A DNA stretch of 64,000 nt from an uncultured virus (IMG/VR IMGVR_UViG_3300032327_000191). Taxonomy: Duplodnaviria; Heunggongvirae; Uroviricota; Caudoviricetes. This document shows, one piece after another, positions 17,128-25,840 of the stretch (the first letter of the stretch is position 1; every line of letters starts with the position of its first letter). Position numbers and translations under genes: made by a program. Below the pieces are notes generated by a model. It had not been told where the DNA came from. It saw only the letters and a list, made by a program, of their open reading frames with translations, and did no database searches. Where the stretch lies: IMG/VR virus record IMGVR_UViG_3300032327_000191. One strand, written 5' to 3'.

Positions 17128-18038
17128 TACCGGTCACCTCCAGCGATTCCTTTGGCAAAATGTTCTAAACGGGTATTGTAATCTTGCTCTGTGGAGAGCG
17201 GTTGAAGACCGTGGTTTGCGGGGTCAAGAACAGGGTTTTTCTCAGCGTAACGAAGGCTTTGGCGAATGTTGCTTTTTGCCATTCCCTGAACCCGAGCGGA
17301 AACCGAGGCTTTACCCAACTGATGATGTACCCAGTGAGTGGCTTGAAAAGCTGCGGGGGTCATTTCAGATGGAATGAGCTTTTGTTTTAACGCCTTTTGA
17401 TGAGCAGTAAGGTACGCTTGTTGCACAAAGTCGTACGCATGACCGTCTTTCATATGCTGTGAGCCAACTCCGTACGGGATATCGTAACGGTCAAGGGCTG
17501 CGTCGTATGCGTGAGTATCGACTGGAAGAAGAGCGGTGTCTCCGCCTGTTGCCAAAGAAACGCTGAAGTGTCCGGTTTTTTTAGAACCAGCACCCTTCAT
17601 TTTAAACGCTTGTCTTGGAGAAACCCTTCCTTTTAAAACGTTTTCTGCTCCCAGAATAGCTTGATTGGTTGTCAATCCCAGCGGAGTACCTCCAACAATG
17701 CTGGAACGTATGGCTGTCAACTCGTCTTTATCAGTTTTGTTATGAAAAGCTTCACGCAGTGGGTCAAGGGCATCTTCGGGCATGGACTTGATTTGCAGCC
17801 CCATTTGTCGGTTGATTCCCCACGCTTGTTGAGGAGACAACTTGGAGAGAACTGCTGCGCCAACTTCTGGGTCTCCTTCGCCAACATGTTCAGCGTCGGA
17901 TTTACCGCTAGGGTACCAGCTCATTCCTTCAGCAATTGTTTCAGGAGATAATTCCCGAGTCCTTTTAAGAAGGTTTCTTACTAGGTGATTTTGATTGGCA
18001 GCGTTGAGTTCAAACGAACCGGGAACGAGTTTTGCCAT
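17127..18038 (-). CDS. HhH DNA-glycosylase-like protein (DUF7178-type)
   Basis: WY...A.LS.LSP..W..N...KT..F...VDTHA...Y...QA..W. Confidence 0.65.
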   Translation of the reverse strand: MAKLVPGSFELNAANQNHLVRNLLKRTRELSPETIAEGMSWYPSGKSDAEHVGEGDPEVGAAVLSKLSPQQAWGINRQMGLQIKSMPEDALDPLREAFHNKTDKDELTAIRSSIVGGTPLGLTTNQAILGAENVLKGRVSPRQAFKMKGAGSKKTGHFSVSLATGGDTALLPVDTHAYDAALDRYDIPYGVGSQHMKDGHAYDFVQQAYLTAHQKALKQKLIPSEMTPAAFQATHWVHHQLGKASVSARVQGMAKSNIRQSLRYAEKNPVLDPANHGLQPLSTEQDYNTRLEHFAKGIAGGDR

Positions 18039-18041
18039 GAT

Positions 18042-18575
18042 TTATGACCAAACTGGCTTGAGGTAATTCAACATGTCAGCACGACGAACGTTGATAGTAC
18101 CCGGCTGGTCTGCTCGGGTGTTTGCTTTACCATCGTTGACAAGGTGCGGAGCCGGAGTGAGGCGAATATCCTGTGTAAACCGAGGAACTCGGTATGTCAC
18201 AACACCGTTATTCATAACGGGTACAGCTTTCATTTGACGTTTGAGACCGTCTTGTGCGCCAAACTCGGGGGACCAGAAGTAGGATGACGCCTCAATTCGC
18301 TCACCTTTGTGGACGCCACGCTGGTATGCCTTTTGACCGACGCGATTCTTGATGGAATCCAAAAGACGGTCATCACGGCGTGAACGTATAGTCCCAAGAT
18401 AGCCGTCAGGATACTCCGCCGATGGTACACGCCCAGTACCAATGCGGATGCCGTCAAGGTCGCTACGAGCAACCGGCGTACCGGAACCGCCTTGGTTGTT
18501 GTACCCACTAAATCCACCGCCACCCAATGACTGCCAGTTTTGGCTGGGCGACATGTTGTTGGTGCTACCAGCCAT
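18042..18575 (-). CDS. Gly/Arg-rich hypothetical protein (YPDGYLGT...RGVHKGERI)
   Basis: Coupled ORF. Confidence 0.75.
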   Translation of the reverse strand: MAGSTNNMSPSQNWQSLGGGGFSGYNNQGGSGTPVARSDLDGIRIGTGRVPSAEYPDGYLGTIRSRRDDRLLDSIKNRVGQKAYQRGVHKGERIEASSYFWSPEFGAQDGLKRQMKAVPVMNNGVVTYRVPRFTQDIRLTPAPHLVNDGKANTRADQPGTINVRRADMLNYLKPVWS

Positions 18576-18856
18576 TATCCACCTGCCGGAGGATACGGAG
18601 TCTGATTAGAGTTAAAGTTAACAAAAGAACCACTGACGTTTGATGCCCCGCGGTTTGCACCAAACTGTGAAGTATCCCATGCCGTAAAACGATTAGCCCC
18701 GTAATTTGCAGAGCCAAATGGAGCAACATGCGTAGGTCCACCGGGTTGACCGGCTTTAGCTAATGCAAATCCTGCTCCGGGGTCGGAACTCGGTATTTGT
18801 ACTGCTTGTACCGCGTTCATCGCGGGGTGGATACCCTCTACGCCATAACCAGCCAT
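18575..18856 (-). CDS. Gly/Ala/Pro-rich small protein
   Basis: Coupled ORF. Confidence 0.6.
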   Translation of the reverse strand: MAGYGVEGIHPAMNAVQAVQIPSSDPGAGFALAKAGQPGGPTHVAPFGSANYGANRFTAWDTSQFGANRGASNVSGSFVNFNSNQTPYPPAGG

Positions 18857-18869
18857 GGGTTATCGCGCC

Positions 18870-19289
18870 TTAGTACAGTTCGTTGATGCTCGCGTCAAAG
18901 TTGGGAGCAACACGACCCTGAATGGACGGAACGATACGAGCATTTGCCATCGTCTGTCCTGCTGAGGGGTCAAGTGGGATACCCATGTTTGCCGTCACGC
19001 GGTAGGTTGCACCGATGCGCTCGATGTTCTGGCGGTTCTGCTTCGAGCCGGGGTTGGTGGGGTCACCTGCCTGAGTGTTGTGGCGAGGCATCATCGTACC
19101 AGCCGTAGGCATAACGGGGGCTGCCATACCAATCGGAACACGCGCACTGTTAGCAGCAGCGTGGTCCTGCATAGCTTCGTCCGAGGTCTTGTGGGTGCGG
19201 TTCATAGGGGTTCCTGCCGACTCGTGGTGGTTGGAAGGAATTCCCATTCGACGGCGCATGCCGTGACCAATGCTGGACCAATTTGCCAT
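18870..19289 (-). CDS. Low-complexity hypothetical protein
   Basis: AAGGAG RBS. Confidence 0.7.
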   Translation of the reverse strand: MANWSSIGHGMRRRMGIPSNHHESAGTPMNRTHKTSDEAMQDHAAANSARVPIGMAAPVMPTAGTMMPRHNTQAGDPTNPGSKQNRQNIERIGATYRVTANMGIPLDPSAGQTMANARIVPSIQGRVAPNFDASINELY

Positions 19290-19302
19290 GAGAGACTCCT
19301 TA

Positions 19303-19322
19303 TACTCTTATTAATAAGAGTA
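19303..19322. promoter_or_regulatory. Perfect 20-bp palindrome TACTCTTATTAATAAGAGTA
   Basis: Intergenic; contains a TACTCT -10-like hexamer upstream of 19289. Confidence 0.6.
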
Positions 19323-19330
19323 CGCTTAAA

Positions 19331-19624
19331 TTAACTCGATGTAACAGTAAACACGAGCGCGGAAATCATTCCGTCCCTAGATTCAATTGTGGCAAAACCT
19401 ACTTTAAAATTCAGGTCAAGTCCTCGGGGAGCCGCGTAACCACGGGCAATAGCCATGGCTTTGCATGCCTGATTCACAGCTCCGGCACCAACGGCACGGA
19501 GTTTAACTGTGTGGGCTTCGTAAATTGCATGGGCGATTGCCGACGCAACAGACTGCGGGTTTGAACCGGCACTGACTTTAAGAAAAGGTTCTTTGGATGA
19601 AAAAACAGCAACGTCTTCTGACAC
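19331..19624 (-). CDS. spoVS: SpoVS-family (Alba-fold) protein
   Basis: LKVSA.SNP.SVA.AIA...AVGAGAVNQA.KA.AIARG. Confidence 0.9.
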   Translation of the reverse strand: MSEDVAVFSSKEPFLKVSAGSNPQSVASAIAHAIYEAHTVKLRAVGAGAVNQACKAMAIARGYAAPRGLDLNFKVGFATIESRDGMISALVFTVTSS

Positions 19625-19679
19625 GGGTGGTAGTCCTTAAATATGAGGGGTGCCCACCTCGTGATACAGCGTACAGCAG

Positions 19680-20267
19680 TTATTGAATGGCGTCTCTGTA
19701 TTTGGTGTCCAGTATCTGCTCCACAATTGCGCGTTCTGTGGCGTCTATTGAAACCTTACCTGCCAGTCGCGCAAGCGCGTATGCATCTGCTGCGTTGTCA
19801 TCGTTGAACTCAATTTGCCAACGCTTGTAAATCTGCATCAGCATCTCTTGCTTCTTTGAGGTGCCTTTGCCTGTTGCGTACTTCTTGAGCGTCATGGGGG
19901 GAATTTGAAGCGGAGTTGCCAACAGCTTCTCGTTGTTTGAGAACATGACCCACAACGTCAGCTTTACGGTTGCGGCTAATTCACCGAGAACACTGGCAGA
20001 GAACGATGCGTTGACCGTACCTTCCATGGCAATGTCCACAATACGGTGACCCGCTAACGACATGACTTTACCGCGCATCCAGTGTGAGATGTCATTCAAT
20101 CTTTGTACCCCGTTATATGGAGATTTATATACCCACGTCTCGTGGAAGTTAGGGTCGTTTACGGATACCGCTGAGAATGCAAACCCGGTAAGGGATTGGT
20201 CGATACCAATGGCGATGTCTTTGGCGTTCTGGAGACCGGTGCCAAAGTGCTTTTCTTTACCTACCAA
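19680..20267 (-). CDS. ruvC: RuvC-like Holliday junction resolvase
   Basis: GIDQSLT; MEG; LKK.ATGKG..KK; DN.ADA. Confidence 0.9.
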   Translation of the reverse strand: MVGKEKHFGTGLQNAKDIAIGIDQSLTGFAFSAVSVNDPNFHETWVYKSPYNGVQRLNDISHWMRGKVMSLAGHRIVDIAMEGTVNASFSASVLGELAATVKLTLWVMFSNNEKLLATPLQIPPMTLKKYATGKGTSKKQEMLMQIYKRWQIEFNDDNAADAYALARLAGKVSIDATERAIVEQILDTKYRDAIQ

Positions 20268-20274
20268 TGTGTAC

Positions 20275-20385
20275 CTAATTTCTTATTAGAAAAAATATTG
20301 CTACTGGTGAGCCTAGGATTGCAATAATAACAATTGCCCACCATGCCCACGCCTCGAACTCGTGGTCAGGCTTAGTCCACTTCAC
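20275..20385 (-). CDS. 36-aa single-TM peptide
   Basis: Read manually: MKWTKPDHEFEAWAWWAIVIIAILGSPVAIFFLIRN. Confidence 0.5.
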   Translation of the reverse strand: MKWTKPDHEFEAWAWWAIVIIAILGSPVAIFFLIRN

Positions 20386-20551
20386 CTTTTATAATCTCAA
20401 TCAGTTCGTCGGGGCTGTAAGCGTAGTGGTCATGCCACTTTCGGCAGTCGTGAGGTTTTTCGCAACGGAGATGATTGAGCAACTTTGTGATGCGTTCACG
20501 CTCATGCTGCATACCTTGGCGATATGCGCGAGTGTTTTCGTTTTCACTCAT
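20372..20551 (-). CDS. ERxRII...IKGE family protein
   Basis: Read manually: YRQGMQHERERITKLL...LIEIIKGE. Confidence 0.65.
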   Translation of the reverse strand: MSENENTRAYRQGMQHERERITKLLNHLRCEKPHDCRKWHDHYAYSPDELIEIIKGEVD

Positions 20552-20730
20552 TTGTTCTTTCCTTTAATTCGTCGCACAAACCGTAGGAGTGCTCGTTCGA
20601 CAACCATTCGGCGTACAAAGAACCAGTAATGGTCATTTAGCAAGTGCATGTACTGAGCATCTGGGCTGAGGTTTACGGGTACAACTCTGGGGTCCCTGTA
20701 ACCACACAGACCGCATGATTGGTTTCTCAT
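20548..20730 (-). CDS. Small C2H2-like protein (CGLC...H...H)
   Basis: ATG 20730 after GGGGAG. Confidence 0.6.
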   Translation of the reverse strand: MRNQSCGLCGYRDPRVVPVNLSPDAQYMHLLNDHYWFFVRRMVVERALLRFVRRIKGKNK

Positions 20731-20888
20731 TTGTTCTCTCCCCTTAGATTCCCAAGTAGTTCTGCCAACTCCTCTGAGTCGTAATCGGGGTGGGGGAACC
20801 CTTGAAACTCCAAAGAACCAAACTTTGTAAGGTGGTACGCGCCACACCAAACAATGCCGTCAATCGTAACTTGATAGCTTTTAGCCAT
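20727..20888 (-). CDS. Small hypothetical protein
   Basis: ATG 20888 after AAGGGAG. Confidence 0.6.
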   Translation of the reverse strand: MAKSYQVTIDGIVWCGAYHLTKFGSLEFQGFPHPDYDSEELAELLGNLRGENK

Positions 20889-21087
20889 GATTCTCTCCCT
20901 TGATAAGCGCAATAAGTTTATTAAACCTAACTTCTATCATGTCGCACTCACCCCCACAACCACACTTAAGTGTTTCAATTAGTGCAGTGACGCGTTCCCG
21001 CTCTTGGCTCGCACCAATGCCTACGCCTACTTCATAGGCTTTGTTTTCTATGCGGTCTACCTCTTCAGGAGTAAAGGAATTACGCAT
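20881..21087 (-). CDS. ERxRII...IKGE family protein
   Basis: G.SQERERVTALI...LIALIKGEN. Confidence 0.65.
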   Translation of the reverse strand: MRNSFTPEEVDRIENKAYEVGVGIGASQERERVTALIETLKCGCGGECDMIEVRFNKLIALIKGENHG

Positions 21088-21253
21088 TGTCCTCTCCCTT
21101 GATACGCGAAATGGCATGCTTGAGAGCCTCTTCGCATTCGCACACACTCATTTCATTGTCGAGTAGTGCAAGGATGCGGTCGCTCTCAGCTTTTGCGCCC
21201 TCGGAGCAGCCTTGGGCGTACGCCTTGTGCTCCGAAGAACCCGACTCAAACAC
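21080..21253 (-). CDS. ERxRII...IKGE family protein
   Basis: Read manually: GAKAESDRILALL...ISRIKGED. Confidence 0.6.
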   Translation of the reverse strand: MFESGSSEHKAYAQGCSEGAKAESDRILALLDNEMSVCECEEALKHAISRIKGEDNA

Positions 21254-21452
21254 TTTTGTCTTCCTTGATGAGCTTAATAATATGACGTAAATTCATGTTC
21301 CACCTAAGAACTGAGGTGCTGGTAGTAGGACCAAAGTCATGAGTCTCAAGTAACGAAATGATGCGTTCACGCTCGTAATCTCGCCCCTGTTGGAAGTGGG
21401 TGTCTGCGATAAGGTCGTCAAGTTCATCTTCACTAAGCATTAGTTTCTCCAC
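21246..21452 (-). CDS. ERxRII family protein
   Basis: GRDYERERIISLL...LIKEDK. Confidence 0.65.
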   Translation of the reverse strand: MEKLMLSEDELDDLIADTHFQQGRDYERERIISLLETHDFGPTTSTSVLRWNMNLRHIIKLIKEDKSV

Positions 21453-21706
21453 CCCTCGTACTCAAAAGGAGCCTCTGGTATGTCGAGGGTTTTAGCGCTG
21501 TTATCTTGAGACAGTGAAACACGCTCGATTTCCCACGCCAAGTACTGCTGAGCTTTTAACAAGTCTTGCAGTTCTTCCCCCTTATAGGGAGCGCGGAGAA
21601 TGTACTTCAGAATGTTCCCGCGAAGGAAAGTTTCAAATTTTGTTATTTGAATTGCCTCAATACCGCTGGGGTGATAGTAGTGCTTAGGGCTGACTGCATC
21701 AGGCAT
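21440..21706 (-). CDS. DUF3310 / T7 gp1.7-like nucleotide kinase domain
   Basis: V.PKHY...IE.I...F..GN.LKY..RA..K...QDL.KA..YL. Confidence 0.9.
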   Translation of the reverse strand: MPDAVSPKHYYHPSGIEAIQITKFETFLRGNILKYILRAPYKGEELQDLLKAQQYLAWEIERVSLSQDNSAKTLDIPEAPFEYEGWRN

Positions 21707-21971
21707 TGTTCATACCTACAATGCTTCGTGCCAAATCAACCTCTGCTGGATAAAGAACCCCGAGGTTACCAGTCATCTTGGAATACTTGTCAAGCCGGTT
21801 TTCTACCGCCATTAAAATACGTAATTGGGCTTGGTAGTACGAGAGGTGGGTGTGAGCAACAAAACTCGGTTGGTCATCCATCTCTATTTTATATTGGTTG
21901 ACTTTGTCCTGAAGTTGAGCGATTGCGGTTTCCAACGCTTCTTCATCTGTCAAGACCCCCAATGCTTGCAT
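21699..21971 (-). CDS. Hypothetical protein
   Basis: AGGAG RBS; TGATG coupling. Confidence 0.6.
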   Translation of the reverse strand: MQALGVLTDEEALETAIAQLQDKVNQYKIEMDDQPSFVAHTHLSYYQAQLRILMAVENRLDKYSKMTGNLGVLYPAEVDLARSIVGMNNA

Positions 21972-22438
21972 CAGAACTCCTTCCTAGTGAATCTGTTCTC
22001 GTTTGAACGTCGAGTAATCTCTCGGGAGATAAGTGAGATGTCACGCTCATGGTTGGTGAACAGCATCTCCAACATCTTGCGATACGCGTACTTGTCTTCG
22101 TAGTCCTGCGAAAGAGCTTGAATGTTCTCGTCAATGTTAATCTGTGCTTTAACAGTGGTGACGCGTTCTCCTCGGACCGAAGCTCCCATGCGGGTAACAA
22201 GAAGCTTGCTTTCCTCAAAGTCCATCAGCTTCTGAGCTTGACGTTCTTCCAGAATTGCGAGAGTCAGCTTAGAGGCGATGTAATCTGCCCACGCGGTTAG
22301 TGCCGTAAATTTAGCGGCTAGTTGGTCACTGGTCAACTCAGTGATGTCGGCGGGCATTGTTACCTGACCAAGCTTGGGTTCCTCGAACTTAAACCCCAAC
22401 TGATTGAACTTTTGAATTGCGTCCATATTAATTTGCAT
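21971..22438 (-). CDS. Coiled-coil protein, possibly UvsY-like recombination mediator
   Basis: Helical composition; C-terminal ISREITRR; located near exonuclease and RecA. Confidence 0.55.
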   Translation of the reverse strand: MQINMDAIQKFNQLGFKFEEPKLGQVTMPADITELTSDQLAAKFTALTAWADYIASKLTLAILEERQAQKLMDFEESKLLVTRMGASVRGERVTTVKAQINIDENIQALSQDYEDKYAYRKMLEMLFTNHERDISLISREITRRSNENRFTRKEF

Positions 22439-23297
22439 CCTGTTTCTCCTTATAGGGGGCACACTTCTTGCACGCTCCACTTTCATCTACATTACAGGCT
22501 AACGGAATCCCCGCTTCAACAGCATCTACGACAACCCGTGCGTTGTCAAAAATCTTTTCAACAAATCGATAGTCAGCTTTAACTGGAAACTCCTTGTAAG
22601 ACTGGTCTGCCTTGAGTTCGTAAATAAAAACAATCTCATCAATAGGGTCTCCCATGCGCTTCATTAGCTCAAGGTACATTTGCCCCTGTAAAACGTGAGA
22701 TTGGAAAGGATGGGTAACTTTCGTCCATGCTTTCATAAAGTCCCCGTATGCCTCATACATCTGGGTAGGAGCTTCAAACCGCAGTGTTCCGGGTCCAATT
22801 GACTTAATCTCAATCAGACAGTCATCTCCAATACCTTTAATCCAGCCATCGGTGTGACCCTTGATACGCAAGTCGTCGTCTCGCAAAGTGACTTCTTCGT
22901 AGTAAAGGGTGTGGCGAGGGGCTGTACAAGACCCGCACATTTCGGGAGAAGTGCCCCACGTAATCTCGTTACATACCTGACACCGGAATTGACCGTGAAG
23001 AACACCCATGTCTTGGAACCAACGTTGCCATTTAGCGTGAATGGCGTGACCTTCGTCAAAGATAGACTGTAGTTTGAGACCGGGAGTTTCGGCAATTTTC
23101 TTGTGACCACTGAGCAAGAACCACGATTCCCGCAGACACCAGTCCTTCTTAATAATCTCTGAGGGATGAAGCACTGTAGTAGAACGGTCTCCGGGGGGAC
23201 GAGAGAGCAAATACCGCTCTACATCACCAATCAATCTATTCGAAGATTTCTTCGCATTAAGATACGCTTTTAGTGTCGGGTCCTTAACAGACATCAA
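22428..23297 (-). CDS. Cas4-like PD-(D/E)xK exonuclease with inserted zinc ribbon
   Basis: HPSE...C.R; G..IH; GHTDG; IEIKS; Q..Y; C-terminal C...C..C. Confidence 0.88.
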   Translation of the reverse strand: MMSVKDPTLKAYLNAKKSSNRLIGDVERYLLSRPPGDRSTTVLHPSEIIKKDWCLRESWFLLSGHKKIAETPGLKLQSIFDEGHAIHAKWQRWFQDMGVLHGQFRCQVCNEITWGTSPEMCGSCTAPRHTLYYEEVTLRDDDLRIKGHTDGWIKGIGDDCLIEIKSIGPGTLRFEAPTQMYEAYGDFMKAWTKVTHPFQSHVLQGQMYLELMKRMGDPIDEIVFIYELKADQSYKEFPVKADYRFVEKIFDNARVVVDAVEAGIPLACNVDESGACKKCAPYKEKQDAN

Positions 23298-23608
23298 AAG
23301 GTCCTTTCATTCAACACGTAGTCTTCGAGAGTCATTTTGTCTTTGTAGAGCCTACGCCACTTTCTAACCAAAGCGTTTCTCTCTCGGTGACTCATGCCCC
23401 CCCAGATTCCGTGAACCTCGTCTGAGTCTATCGCGTACCACAGACACTCGTTCAATACTGGGCACGGTGTCTTGCCGTTTACTCCAAAACAGTAAACCTT
23501 TGCTTTGTCGGCAATTGATTTGTACTTATCTTTGTCTCGGGGTGGGAAGAACAGCTCAGTGTCTTCACCTTTACACCGAGCTTCTTCACGCCACGATTCA
23601 TCCCGCAT
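23294..23608 (-). CDS. whiB: WhiB-family transcription factor (second copy)
   Basis: W...A.C...FFP...C......CP....C; GIWGG. Confidence 0.95.
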   Translation of the reverse strand: MRDESWREEARCKGEDTELFFPPRDKDKYKSIADKAKVYCFGVNGKTPCPVLNECLWYAIDSDEVHGIWGGMSHRERNALVRKWRRLYKDKMTLEDYVLNERTF

Positions 23609-23912
23609 TCTTTTCCCACATCTCTAGGAAGTCGGTCTCAAGAAGAATTACATAGTCTTCGCCGTCAAGGTGAATGCCGAATACGGGAAGGCGACCATCC
23701 ATGATTGCTTCATTGGTAATCTTCTTTAGCTCCGCCGAACTAATGGTCTTGGTTTTCTTGCCGGTCCACTTGTGCTCAATAAGCAAGTCAGCATTACGCA
23801 CGTCGCCCTTACGAGACCAGAAAGCACCAGAGGCAGCAGTTGTGCTGCCCCCGATTGCCTTAGCAATACGCTTTTCGTGCGCCTGACTCTGCTTCTGTCC
23901 CTCGCTACGCAA
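23598..23912 (-). CDS. Hjc-like PD-(D/E)xK resolvase/nuclease
   Basis: E..IA....G...SGA...GDV....IEHK; start likely TTG 23912. Confidence 0.8.
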   Translation of the reverse strand: MRSEGQKQSQAHEKRIAKAIGGSTTAASGAFWSRKGDVRNADLLIEHKWTGKKTKTISSAELKKITNEAIMDGRLPVFGIHLDGEDYVILLETDFLEMWEKNAG

Positions 23913-24147
23913 AGTCCACCTTGCCTTCTTTATAGGCTTCAAGGATTCGAGGAATGAGAAAGTGAAGTGTTTCCCGAGACTCACATACTTCACAGCCACA
24001 ATAATCTACACCAGACAAGGTAGTGAAGTCGGGTGCAGGGTCATCGAAGACTAAAGCAGCGCAATTTTCCATGTACTCTGTTAACTCTGCGGAAACGTAA
24101 TGCGCCCAAGCGGTGTCTTTAATAACAAACTTACTCTGACTGTTCAT
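23905..24147 (-). CDS. Small hypothetical protein (YCGCEVC)
   Basis: AGGAG RBS. Confidence 0.65.
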   Translation of the reverse strand: MNSQSKFVIKDTAWAHYVSAELTEYMENCAALVFDDPAPDFTTLSGVDYCGCEVCESRETLHFLIPRILEAYKEGKVDFA

Positions 24148-25186
24148 TGATTGCTCCTAGAATTGAATCCGGCGTGGTCAATACTTTCTCACGAAGTTCT
24201 TCCATGAAGTCAACTTCTTCTCGGATGGACGCAATAAGAGCTTCTTGACCCTGCCACTTGCGTTCTCCGTAGTAAATCCAGCCACCCTTACGGTCTACGA
24301 TTTCCTTGACGATTGCCATTGCTGCAACTTCTTTGGCAAAGTCGTAGTCACCAGCTTCGTACATCCCGTGGTCAGAGAAGTAAAAGTCGATGTACGCCAC
24401 ACGTTGTGGTGGAGCAACTTTGTTCTTAATCGTGCGAATCTTGATGCGCTGACCAACTCGGGACTTGTTAACCCCAGAACCAGCCTCAATCCATTCATCA
24501 CGACGAATCTCGCTACGAGTAAAGAACGCGTAGTTCTTACCTTCGCCACCGGGGGTGGTACGAGGGTCTCCGTGCATTACACCAATCTTCATACGATACT
24601 GGTTGATTACCAGCCCCAGAATTGGTCGCTCGTCATCAACAAGGCTACGCTTCATTGCAGCACCTGCCTTGCGAAAGAACTTGTTGGTAATCATGGCACC
24701 ACGACCCACGGTGAGTTCGTCCATGTTCTTGTCCATCTCTGGGGACGGCACAAGGGCGGGGAGCGAGTCGATGACAATGGCATCAATGGACTTGGATTCA
24801 GCGAAGTCAAGAACAGCTTGGTATGCCTCTTCCATCACGTTGGTCTCAACGACAATGACACGGCTAGTATCGACCCCACACATGTCTGCGTACTCGGGGA
24901 CCCACTGCTCAGCAGCCACCCACACGGTAACGTGCTCCGGATTAGCTGCCTGATTTGCTGCGATGCATTTAAGGGCAACAGCGGTCTTCCCGTGACTTGC
25001 TTCACCAATAAGTTCGTTCCACTGGTTAGCCGGGAATCCACCGCCAAGGATGTAGTCAAAAGTGGTAGAGCCAGTCGTAATCTTGGAGACTAGTCCGGGA
25101 CGGATGTCCTCACCAATGACTACTACGTTCTCACCAAATTTCTTATTGATAGAAGCAATAATCTTCTTGGCTTCTGCGCTAATCAT
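24131..25186 (-). CDS. recA: RecA recombinase
   Basis: Walker A GEASHGKT; IVIDSL.AL; NQ.R.KIGVM.G.P.TTPGG; KNKVAPP. Confidence 0.97.
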   Translation of the reverse strand: MISAEAKKIIASINKKFGENVVVIGEDIRPGLVSKITTGSTTFDYILGGGFPANQWNELIGEASHGKTAVALKCIAANQAANPEHVTVWVAAEQWVPEYADMCGVDTSRVIVVETNVMEEAYQAVLDFAESKSIDAIVIDSLPALVPSPEMDKNMDELTVGRGAMITNKFFRKAGAAMKRSLVDDERPILGLVINQYRMKIGVMHGDPRTTPGGEGKNYAFFTRSEIRRDEWIEAGSGVNKSRVGQRIKIRTIKNKVAPPQRVAYIDFYFSDHGMYEAGDYDFAKEVAAMAIVKEIVDRKGGWIYYGERKWQGQEALIASIREEVDFMEELREKVLTTPDSILGAINEQSE

Positions 25187-25463
25187 TTAGTTTTTCCTTA
25201 ACTGTTTTTACAGCGGTTTGAAGAGAAGAGTTATTTTCAGACAAAAGTGCTTTTTCAATCAACCAACTCATGTCGGAACTAAACTTACTTGGGTCTAGAG
25301 GTTCTGGAAAAACTTGACCTATTGCGTCAATAGTTTCCATTGTTGGGGCGGAACTTGAAGAACTCCAGTTTTGAGCCGAACCCAAAGCGATGTCGGTGTA
25401 ACCGCACGAGAAACAATGGTATTTTTCGTAGTAAGTCTCCTGCGAGCATTTAGGACACTGCAT
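25179..25463 (-). CDS. Zinc-ribbon protein (CPKC...CFSC)
   Basis: TAATG coupling. Confidence 0.6.
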   Translation of the reverse strand: MQCPKCSQETYYEKYHCFSCGYTDIALGSAQNWSSSSSAPTMETIDAIGQVFPEPLDPSKFSSDMSWLIEKALLSENNSSLQTAVKTVKEKLND

Positions 25464-25840
25464 TACCCGTCAATCCTTCCGATGATGCCCTGTGGGTTCC
25501 AGTTATTCGTCGGGTCATTGCCTTTTGAGGACTTTGCGGAACCCTCAACATGAGCACCTGCCAAAGAGCCGTATCGAGAACCAGACTGCTCCAGAGGGTA
25601 ACCGCAATCAAAGCAGCGAGGGGCTGCATTAGCAACTGACATATAATTAGCACTACCACAATCAGGACATGCAGAAGTTTGATTGGCACTTTGCGCTCTC
25701 GTAGTTGTTTGAGGTTGAAAGTTAGGCATGGGAGCCAACGGTTGTTGGCTAGGTGGTGCCGGTAGGACTCCGTCCGAACGTGGAGGAGCCTGTGGCGTGG
25801 TCTGGGCAAGCTTCTTTGCCCACCAGTCGGCGTTATTCAT
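25463..25840 (-). CDS. Pro/Gln-rich protein with zinc ribbon (CPDC...CFDC)
   Basis: GGAG RBS. Confidence 0.75.
   Translation of the reverse strand: MNNADWWAKKLAQTTPQAPPRSDGVLPAPPSQQPLAPMPNFQPQTTTRAQSANQTSACPDCGSANYMSVANAAPRCFDCGYPLEQSGSRYGSLAGAHVEGSAKSSKGNDPTNNWNPQGIIGRIDG

Noticed and set aside
22428..23297. Cas4-like gene as a sign of CRISPR-Cas
   Set aside because: No array or other cas genes; solo Cas4-like exonucleases are common in phage recombination modules
24245..25093. 282-aa + strand ORF
   Set aside because: Antisense to recA
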